Virus record (IMG/VR): IMGVR_UViG_3300031953_000059 | Span: 1 to 38,661 of that record | DNA: 38,661 nucleotides | Strand: one strand, 5' to 3' | Source: a virus | Lineage: Duplodnaviria > Caudoviricetes | Part shown: positions 17,062 through 23,612 of the stretch, piece by piece | How positions within the stretch are numbered: position 1 is the stretch's first letter | Layout: every line of letters starts with the position of its first letter | Notes under the pieces: model-generated | Seen by the model: the letters and a program-made list of their open reading frames with translations, nothing else | What the model was told of the DNA's origin: nothing | Databases searched by the model: none | Made by a program: the position numbers and the translations under genes

Positions 17062-18288
17062 ATGGGCACCAAGACGCTGTACTCGGCCTCTATTCGCCCC
17101 AGGCCCAGAGCTGATGGAACCACGGCCTACGACGTGCGTTATCGGCATGAGGGCAAGTCCCGCACCCTGTCATTCACGACCGCGAAAGCTGCAGACAACT
17201 GGGCGTCCATTCTCCGCAAAGTCGGCCCCGTCGAAGCGCTCGAATTCCTCAACCTCGCCACCACAGACGGCACCCCCACCGTGGCGGACTACGCCGAGAA
17301 ATACATCTCCACCAAGTCAGGCATCGAAGGACGAACAGCCGACAGCTACCGCACCTACATGCGACTCCACATCGGCCCAAGTCTCGGACATCTCCCACTC
17401 GATGCGGTGAGCTCCGACGCGATAGCCGCATGGATCAACTTGCGTGCAGCAGAAGGTGCCGCGTCGAAGACGATCAAGAACGATCACGGGTTCCTGTCGG
17501 CCATGTTCCAGTCTGCGGTCGACGGTGGGATCATCCCCCGTAACCCGTGCAGCCGATCCCGTCTACCAGAGTCCGAACATCGAGAGATGGTTTTCCTCTC
17601 CCCCGACGAGTTCACCAACCTGCTTGCCTACATCCCACCCCGCTACCTAGCCCTCGTCCTCACCCTCGCGTCGACTGGGCTGCGGTGGGGTGAAGCGACT
17701 GCGTTGCGTCCCGAAGACTTCGACCTCGAGGCCAGGACTGTCAGGGTGTCTCGTGCGTGGAAGTCTTCACGGGCACAGGGTTGGTACATCGGCCCGCCGA
17801 AGACGCGCAGATCTAAGCGCACCGTGTCGATGCCCGAAGATCTTGTTGCTCTCCTCGTCCCGTTACTCGAGGCGCGTACCGAGTATGTGTTCACCAACGC
17901 TTTCGGGAAGCCTGTGAGGCAACAGAACTTCCACGAATCAGTGTGGGCACCAGCGCGACGCCTGGCCAACGGGCAGCAAGCATTCGACAAGGCCAAAGCC
18001 GACCCTGACCAGGAATGGAAGGCACGCACAAACGGTGTGTGGGACGGCAGGAGCCCCGCAAAGAAACCGTTGGGGAAGATGCCCAGGGTTCACGATCTCA
18101 GGCACTCACACGCCTCCTGGCTGATCGCTGCTGGCGTGCCCATAGATGTGGTGTCACGGAGGATGGGGCACGAGTCGATCACGACCACGGTCAACATCTA
18201 CGGCCACATTGCGGAGGAGCGACTGAACCGTGCCGGCGATGCGATAGGCATTGTGCTGTCCGGTGCGATGCCTCAGCTCACCCGCTGA
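17062..18288 (+). CDS. int: Tyrosine integrase
   Basis: TGLRWGE, HDLRHSHAS, MGHES...T.NIYGH catalytic motifs; start ATG 17062 chosen downstream of the arm sites. Confidence 0.95.
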   Translation: MGTKTLYSASIRPRPRADGTTAYDVRYRHEGKSRTLSFTTAKAADNWASILRKVGPVEALEFLNLATTDGTPTVADYAEKYISTKSGIEGRTADSYRTYMRLHIGPSLGHLPLDAVSSDAIAAWINLRAAEGAASKTIKNDHGFLSAMFQSAVDGGIIPRNPCSRSRLPESEHREMVFLSPDEFTNLLAYIPPRYLALVLTLASTGLRWGEATALRPEDFDLEARTVRVSRAWKSSRAQGWYIGPPKTRRSKRTVSMPEDLVALLVPLLEARTEYVFTNAFGKPVRQQNFHESVWAPARRLANGQQAFDKAKADPDQEWKARTNGVWDGRSPAKKPLGKMPRVHDLRHSHASWLIAAGVPIDVVSRRMGHESITTTVNIYGHIAEERLNRAGDAIGIVLSGAMPQLTR

Positions 18289-18305
18289 CTGTACCCCGAG
18301 TGAGT

Positions 18306-18322
18306 GCCCCCACTTCGGGGGC
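18306..18322 (+). terminator. Hairpin after integrase
   Basis: GCCCCC-ACTTC-GGGGGC followed by TATTGTT. Confidence 0.55.
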
Positions 18323-18345
18323 TATTGTTCTCGAAGTCTTTTGAA

Positions 18346-18367
18346 TGTCAGTGACCAGGCATACCGT
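18346..18367 (+). promoter_or_regulatory. PafBC-type (RecA-NDp) DNA-damage promoter
   Basis: TGTCAGTG-ACCAGGCA-TACCGT matches consensus TGTCRGtg-N8-TAnnnT in intergenic DNA. Confidence 0.7.
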
Positions 18368-18420
18368 GAATCAATCCTGTAGCTCAGACCACTGCTGCGG
18401 GTCTGGGATCGGGGTCGTCA

Positions 18421-18558
18421 ATGGGAGACAGTCAGGAAAGCATCGAGGACATGCTGGCGGGTGATCTGCTGCGACTAGCTGCCTCGAAGGGCATACCAGT
18501 GGGCGATCTTCTACGAGAGTTCGGCCTTAGTGAAGACCTCGATGAGAGTCATGTCTAG
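18421..18558 (+). CDS. Small acidic protein, candidate antirepressor (not in ORF track)
   Basis: 45 aa MGDSQESIEDMLAGDLLRLAASKGIPVGDLLREFGLSEDLDESHV; downstream of the PafBC motif; overlaps the repressor 3' end on the opposite strand. Confidence 0.5.
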   Translation: MGDSQESIEDMLAGDLLRLAASKGIPVGDLLREFGLSEDLDESHV

Positions 18559-18750
18559 AGCGCTCGACAGCGATCTGACATCTCTGATCCTCAATAGTCG
18601 TTCGTCGTGTAGGTAGCGCTTCACGGTCCTCACGCTGAACCCGGTCATCGTCGCGAGTTGTTCAAAGTTCAACCCGAGTTCTTCCTTGCGATTGCGGAAG
18701 ACGGTTGCGATTGCTGCGTTCTCGGCATCGCCGGTCTTGTCTGTGCCCAT
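18511..18750 (-). CDS. Immunity repressor (XRE HTH), leaderless
   Basis: 79 aa LNFEQLATMTGFSVRTVKRYL HTH; divergent from cro; TAAAGT hexamer 6 nt before ATG. Confidence 0.8.
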   Translation of the reverse strand: MGTDKTGDAENAAIATVFRNRKEELGLNFEQLATMTGFSVRTVKRYLHDERLLRIRDVRSLSSALDMTLIEVFTKAELS

Positions 18751-18866
18751 ACAGACACTTTAAGACCAAAACGGGCACTCTTCGACCCGTTCATGTGTCC
18801 AAGAAGTTAACTTAACCAAATAGTGACCAATCGGGCACTCTCATGTAGAGTGCCTATATGGTCACT
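18742..18866. promoter_or_regulatory. Switch region with four 18-bp operator-like sites and divergent promoters
   Basis: AGTGACCAATCGGGCACT 18822-18839, AGTGCCTATATGGTCACT 18849-18866, weaker copies 18742-18759 and 18762-18779; GTGACC-N17-TAGAGT ahead of cro. Confidence 0.7.
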
Positions 18867-19079
18867 TTGACACCGCAGACAGAGATAGCCGCAGGAGTCG
18901 AAACACTCCGCAGCAGCAGGGGCATCCCCGTCGCACGCCTATCCGACGCAACGGGAATACCCCGCACAACACTGGCCAGGAAGCTCCCACGTGGTGACGA
19001 CTTCACAGTCTCAGAGCTCCGAGCTATCTCGATCATCCTCGACGTTCCGCTGACCTACTGGTTCGGAGCTCACTCGTGA
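18858..19079 (+). CDS. Cro-like HTH protein
   Basis: 73 aa PVARLSDATGIPRTTLARKL...FTVSEL..I. Confidence 0.8.
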   Translation: MVTLTPQTEIAAGVETLRSSRGIPVARLSDATGIPRTTLARKLPRGDDFTVSELRAISIILDVPLTYWFGAHS

Positions 19080-19324
19080 TCGTATTGGACGAGGTGAACG
19101 ACCTCGAAACCACAGCGGCCTACCTCAAGATGCTGCCGACGAAACTTGCGTCCATCGCATCGGGGCCGACCCCCAAGATCGGCTCTATCAAAGAGGGCCG
19201 CACACGAACCTTCCCTCGTGCCGCGATCGAAGCGTACGTCGAAGCAAACACCATCCACCCCGTTACCCCTCCGCCATTCGGGTTGACAGAACGCTCTGCG
19301 CGCCGCGTTAGGCGCTCTCCCTGA
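19076..19324 (+). CDS. Excisionase-like HTH DNA-binding protein
   Basis: ETTAAYLKM ... KEGRTRTFPRAAIEAYVE winged-helix pattern; GTGA overlap. Confidence 0.7.
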   Translation: MIVLDEVNDLETTAAYLKMLPTKLASIASGPTPKIGSIKEGRTRTFPRAAIEAYVEANTIHPVTPPPFGLTERSARRVRRSP

Positions 19325-19524
19325 TCTGGGGTGTCCCCATTTCACCCGATGTTGTGGGGGCACTCTTCCAGCCGGTTTCAGGGTCGCACCTGATCCCGGC
19401 ACGCATCACAACTTCACAGCTCCGGTATCTCGTTATCTGCCCCGTTGACCAGCGGCGTAAGAGGGACCGGCAATAACTCCACAGTGCTTTAGCTGGATCT
19501 GCTTTGAGTCCGTCTTTGGTTGGC

Positions 19525-19710
19525 GGTGCTATCGGCGGGTTTGCATCACAAGAAGGTCAGCAGCATGGGTTGCCGCATTCGGATTGTCCCCTTTGGGGAA
19601 GCGGTAGTCGCCACACCACGGCATGTAAGGGGAACCGACCCTGGCTGTGAGATACGGGCTGATCGGCCAGGACGGCATACACGCGGGGTTCGAGTCCCCG
19701 GCTGGCACCA
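19525..19710 (+). ncRNA. tRNA-like structured RNA (unclassified)
   Basis: T-arm CGGGG-TTCGAGT-CCCCG (19684-19700) followed by GCTGGCACCA; can pair with GGTGCTATC at 19525; internal hairpins. Confidence 0.45.
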
Positions 19711-19742
19711 CTACTCACTCATCTCTATAGGGAGGTTCCACA

Positions 19743-20069
19743 ATGACTGTTGCAATCCACCCCCACGACACTGCACGCGCCAGGAGACACGACCCTGACA
19801 CATCCCATGAAGCGGCTGATGTGTCTGCCCGTAACCGTCGCCTGGTGATGGATACGGTGTTCGGTCGTCCTCTGGAGCACCCTTCAACGGATCACGAGTT
19901 GGAGGAGTGGTATGCGGCGAATGCTGCGATTCTCCCTGCCGCGCATCCTGGTACACCGAGGAAGCGGCGGTCGGATTTGGCTAAGGCTGGTCTGGTCATT
20001 CGGACCAACTTGAAGCGTCCGCATAGGGATGCTGCGTTTCCGACTTATGTGTGGGCGGTGGCGTTGTGA
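19743..20069 (+). CDS. Winged-helix DNA-binding protein
   Basis: ARRHDPDTSHEAA, TDHEL, RKRRSDL...GLV pattern; RBS GGAGG. Confidence 0.65.
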   Translation: MTVAIHPHDTARARRHDPDTSHEAADVSARNRRLVMDTVFGRPLEHPSTDHELEEWYAANAAILPAAHPGTPRKRRSDLAKAGLVIRTNLKRPHRDAAFPTYVWAVAL

Positions 20070-20187
20070 AGCGCCGCAGTACTTATACGCGGTCAAGTGT
20101 TCTGAACCATCCTTTGGTGCAGCTTTCGATGGTAACGATCATCGTCCTGTCTGGGCTGGGTGCGTACGTGATCCTGTACCGGTTCTG

Positions 20188-20379
20188 ATGGGCGTCACAG
20201 TAACAAGTGGTGAGGACACCATCAGCCGCGAGCACTGGGTGTCCTGCACCGGTCACCGCTACGCGCACCCCTGCACCTTCGAGGGCTACGTCGACGTCTA
20301 CTTCGACCATTACGAGATCAGTTGGGAATGCCCAACCTGCGGCACCACAACAACTAAGGCTTTGGAGGATTGGCGATGA
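20188..20379 (+). CDS. Small zinc-ribbon protein
   Basis: C..C and WECPTCG; start ATG 20188 is uncertain. Confidence 0.5.
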   Translation: MGVTVTSGEDTISREHWVSCTGHRYAHPCTFEGYVDVYFDHYEISWECPTCGTTTTKALEDWR

Positions 20380-20549
20380 GCGATCTGATGACTGTTATCC
20401 GTGACGTGGCAGGTCAGTGCCCGTCAACTTTTTTGGGCACCCGTTGCACTCGTGCTGCACGACATGACGGTGACCATGAAGCGGTTCCGATGAGGGCGGG
20501 TGAGTTCTCGGAAGTGTTCTGGTCTGAGGATGCACAGGTGTCCGCATGA
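20376..20549 (+). CDS. Small Cys/His protein (not in ORF track)
   Basis: 57 aa MSDLMTVIRDVAGQCPSTFLGTRCTRAARHDGDHEA...; RBS GGAGG; ATGA overlaps at both ends. Confidence 0.6.
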   Translation: MSDLMTVIRDVAGQCPSTFLGTRCTRAARHDGDHEAVPMRAGEFSEVFWSEDAQVSA

Positions 20550-20631
20550 CCCGCGCTGCACGGTGGCAACGAACCAAGGAGGTTGCCGCTGTCCTGTTCT
20601 TCCTGGCTGTGTTCTGTGTGGCGGTGTTCCT

Positions 20632-20772
20632 GTGATCCGGCAAACGATCGCCTGGATCCTCGGCGTCGGGGTTGTGTTTTTCGTCCTCGGTTTCCTTGCC
20701 GGCGCTATCACCACCGAACTGTCCTACCCGCCCGCAGTCATCGACGTACAGCTACCCACGAAAGCGAACTGA
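20632..20772 (+). CDS. Small membrane protein
   Basis: 46 aa MIRQTIAWILGVGVVFFVLGFLAGA...; GTGA overlap. Confidence 0.55.
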   Translation: MIRQTIAWILGVGVVFFVLGFLAGAITTELSYPPAVIDVQLPTKAN

Positions 20773-20839
20773 TGGACGACGACGGATACGACAGAGACGA
20801 CTACAAGTCCGAGTGGTATATGGAAGAGGTGCTCGACCA

Positions 20840-21415
20840 GTGATCTCCCCAGACAGGTTCATCATCCAATCCCGATACGAACCTGAATGGCTCGAGGCCC
20901 GCACGCACGGGGTCACAGCAACCGCTGTAGCTGAGGCCGCAACACCGTCAGGTTATGAATCGCACGTCCGCTCCTGGTCCGCGCCGGCCTTCACCGGAAA
21001 CGTCTATACGGAGTTCGGTTCGTGGGCTGAAAGGTACCTGCTCGAGCACGCGCAACAGACGCACGGAATCCTGCCCTCCGATTGGCTTATCTGCGGAGAC
21101 GTGGACTGGCATCTCGGAACCCCTGATGGGTTGTCACTCGACCACCGCACAATCGCGGAAGCGAAGACAGGCGGGGTCATCCCCAAGTCGGTCCCGCGGA
21201 AGCACAGAGATCAGAGCTTGTGGAATCTGCACATCACTGGTGCTGACCGTTGCCTCTACCTGTTCCAACATCGTGCGGTCGCGGATGACGGCACCTTCTA
21301 CCTCGGCCTTCTTGAGCCGATCACTTTCTGGATTGACCGGGACGAGACCCGCATTGCCGAGCTCGTGACCGTCGCTGAACGACTCATGGAGGCCAAACAT
21401 GGCAACGACTTCTGA
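20840..21415 (+). CDS. YqaJ/RecE-like exonuclease
   Basis: EWLEAR..GVTAT, FG...E, TPDG, AEAKT, Q..W.L..TG; start GTG 20840. Confidence 0.88.
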   Translation: MISPDRFIIQSRYEPEWLEARTHGVTATAVAEAATPSGYESHVRSWSAPAFTGNVYTEFGSWAERYLLEHAQQTHGILPSDWLICGDVDWHLGTPDGLSLDHRTIAEAKTGGVIPKSVPRKHRDQSLWNLHITGADRCLYLFQHRAVADDGTFYLGLLEPITFWIDRDETRIAELVTVAERLMEAKHGNDF

Positions 21416-21968
21416 CCACGCATCCCTAGCTGATGCTCTGCTCGCGTTCCAAGCCGAGTTGCCACACGTTGGTAAGGACAACGAGGCTGACACGGGGAAG
21501 TTCAAGTACAAGTACGTCGATCTCACCACACTCACCGACATTGCCCTGCCGTTGTTGAACAAGCACGGCATGTCGTGGTCTACCTGGCCGAACGTCAACG
21601 AGCACGGCGCTGTCCTGACCTACATGCTGACCTTCGGCAAAGAGCAGCAGAGAGGCAGCTACCCCCTGGGTGCCGCAAACCAGCCACCTCAGTCCCTTGG
21701 ATCAGCGATCACCTACGCACGCAGGTACGCACTATGCGCTGTCACAGGTATCGCACCGGGTGGTGACGATGACGACGCACAAGTCGCCCAAACACCACCC
21801 GCACCGACAGTTGACCCGATCGTCGTCACCGAGTGGGTTGAGCAGTTCAACAGTGCTGACAGCATCCCCGCGTTGCAGGCCCTGTGGGAAGAGGCAGGCA
21901 AATCAGGGGTCACGAAGGATCCGAAGATCGCAACCGCGAAGGACGCTGCGAAGAAGAGACTGGCGTGA
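21399..21968 (+). CDS. erf: ERF-family ssDNA annealing protein
   Basis: YKYVDL and Q.LGSAITYARRYALCAVTGI....DDDA signature. Confidence 0.92.
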   Translation: MATTSDHASLADALLAFQAELPHVGKDNEADTGKFKYKYVDLTTLTDIALPLLNKHGMSWSTWPNVNEHGAVLTYMLTFGKEQQRGSYPLGAANQPPQSLGSAITYARRYALCAVTGIAPGGDDDDAQVAQTPPAPTVDPIVVTEWVEQFNSADSIPALQALWEEAGKSGVTKDPKIATAKDAAKKRLA

Positions 21969-22366
21969 GCGACACCAGCACCCACTCGCCTGCCACCTTC
22001 GCAGCAACAATCATCCTCCCGCTAGCGAAGAACCCCCTATCGCTAAACGGTCGTGACCACTGGCGCACTAAGGCGAAGCACACAAAACAGTGGCGCACCT
22101 TCACCGCCCTGCAGGCGGCACGGTTTCCTGAGCTCGGACGCTGCGACGTGACCCTCACCTGGGTCGTCCGCGACCGACGCGACCGTGACGAAGACAACCT
22201 GTACCCGCTCCTGAAAGCGTGCTGTGACGGGCTCGTGGATGCCGGCGTGGTCATCAAAGACACCGCCGACTACATGGGCAAAACCTGTCGGATTGAGCGC
22301 CGTGACGTACCTGTCGCGTTCATGGAACTGCGTGTCGAATCGCGCAACCTTCAACCCACACTTTAG
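21965..22366 (+). CDS. rusA: RusA-like Holliday junction resolvase
   Basis: LSLN.R.HW, RDRDEDNL...KACCDGLVDAGV..D; start GTG 21965. Confidence 0.8.
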   Translation: MSDTSTHSPATFAATIILPLAKNPLSLNGRDHWRTKAKHTKQWRTFTALQAARFPELGRCDVTLTWVVRDRRDRDEDNLYPLLKACCDGLVDAGVVIKDTADYMGKTCRIERRDVPVAFMELRVESRNLQPTL

Positions 22367-22417
22367 ACATCTTTCTATACACCCCGGATGCCTACGCGCC
22401 ATTGAAAAATGCGGACC

Positions 22418-22492
22418 TTATACACAGGCCAGACCCCAACTTGTCCCCAGAAATGAGGACAAACAAGTGAACTACTCACAGCCTTATCCACA
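22418..22492 (+). promoter_or_regulatory. DnaA-box cluster
   Basis: TTATACACA 22418-22426, TTGTCCCCA 22441-22449, CTACTCACA 22472-22480 (degenerate), TTATCCACA 22484-22492, all in the same orientation. Confidence 0.6.
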
Positions 22493-22502
22493 TAGCCGTT
22501 TG

Positions 22503-22518
22503 TCGAACATGTGTTCGC
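22503..22518. promoter_or_regulatory. LexA (SOS) box
   Basis: TCGAAC-ATGT-GTTCGC, one terminal mismatch to actinobacterial TCGAAC-N4-GTTCGA. Confidence 0.7.
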
Positions 22519-22611
22519 CTTCCAGGATTGTGCTGCTGCCCCAAAAGGCAGGACGGCCAGGTGCTGTAACACCGAGGCCGTCCCTAATTCCCGCTTTCCA
22601 TAGGAGGAATC

Positions 22612-22791
22612 TTGACCACCCTACAGACCGCAGCGATTGCGCATCTGAGACTCCTGCAGTCCGAGCAGATCCCATCCCAGGATGCGCTGTATGTGCATCT
22701 TGCTTTCGCATACGGAGTCACCGTCGACGCGATAGCCGAATCTTCAGGGCTCTCACTTACCACCGTTAGAACGATCCTCGGTGGCTCATAG
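22612..22791 (+). CDS. Small HTH protein (not in ORF track)
   Basis: 59 aa, TTG start, RBS AGGAGGA; GVTVDAIAESSGLSLTTVRTIL HTH; stop overlaps initiator start. Confidence 0.75.
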   Translation: MTTLQTAAIAHLRLLQSEQIPSQDALYVHLAFAYGVTVDAIAESSGLSLTTVRTILGGS

Positions 22792-23612
22792 TGGCGCGGG
22801 ACCGAGCCAACATTCGGACCGATATTTGGGCCGACGACCACTGGCGTGCGCTTTCTCACGGAGCCCAATGGCTCTATCACTTCATCCTCGAGTCCCCCAC
22901 CCTGAACCTATGTGGGGTGGCGGACTGGCGACCTAGCAAGTGGTCCCGCATGAGTTCCGACGTCGAACGTTCCGATATCGAACTTTGGGCCGCGGAGTTG
23001 GAGCAGGAGCACTTCCTGGTCGTTGATCTGGACACCGAAGAGGTGTTGGTCCGGTCGTTCTTCCGCCATGACGGCATCCTCTCCCAACCCAACCCGATGA
23101 AGGGAGCGGCGCGGGAGTTCGCGGGAATCGGTTCATCAGTTATCCGCAGTGTTATCTCCTTCGAGCTGAACAGGTTGAAGAAAGAGCACCCCGAGGGAAC
23201 GGGTAAGTCGAACGTCTGGGAGTTAGTAACCGAGCTGCGGACAGTACTGAAAACCCCTCCAATCGACATTCGGAAGGGTTCCGACAACCCTTCGGGGAAC
23301 CCTTCCCAGAACCCTTCGGTAAACCCTTCTGACACCTCTACCTCTACCTCTACCACTACAGAAGCTTCGCTTCTTGCAGACGAAACGAGGAAGAAGCCCG
23401 AGACACGCTTGCCCACCGATTGGGTTCCCACCGCAGCTCATTACGAGCGAGCCAAACAGAACCGCATCGACATCCTCAAGGAAACCGAGGCGTTTCGACT
23501 CCACGCCGAGACGCACGACAGGCACGCAGCGAACTGGAACGCAGCCTTCACGACATGGCTCACCAAAGCGAAACCCGCACCAAAGAAAACCACCGACTGG
23601 ATGAATCAATGA
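22791..23612 (+). CDS. Replication initiator protein
   Basis: N-terminal IW.D..WR.LS..AQ.LY winged helix, central iteron-coded linker, C-terminal LP.DW.P ... F..H ... WNAAF.TW domain; upstream of helicase. Confidence 0.8.
   Translation: MARDRANIRTDIWADDHWRALSHGAQWLYHFILESPTLNLCGVADWRPSKWSRMSSDVERSDIELWAAELEQEHFLVVDLDTEEVLVRSFFRHDGILSQPNPMKGAAREFAGIGSSVIRSVISFELNRLKKEHPEGTGKSNVWELVTELRTVLKTPPIDIRKGSDNPSGNPSQNPSVNPSDTSTSTSTTTEASLLADETRKKPETRLPTDWVPTAAHYERAKQNRIDILKETEAFRLHAETHDRHAANWNAAFTTWLTKAKPAPKKTTDWMNQ
23273..23351 (+). repeat. Iterons (putative origin) inside the initiator gene
   Basis: AACCCTTC at 23286, 23298, 23310, 23322 (12-bp period), inverted copy GAAGGGTT 23273-23280, then ACCTCT x3. 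Confidence 0.75.

Noticed and set aside
19520-19798. 92-aa ORF over the tRNA-like region
   Set aside because: TTG start without RBS, no motifs, overlaps the RBS-supported gene at 19743; an RNA structure explains the region better
22224-22769. 181-aa plus-strand ORF across the rusA-initiator gap
   Set aside because: Overlaps rusA out of frame and has no motifs; the 59-aa HTH ORF with a strong RBS and the regulatory boxes explain the interval
23286-23351. Short direct repeats as a CRISPR array
   Set aside because: 8-bp units with 4-bp spacers inside a coding gene and no cas genes; iterons fit better
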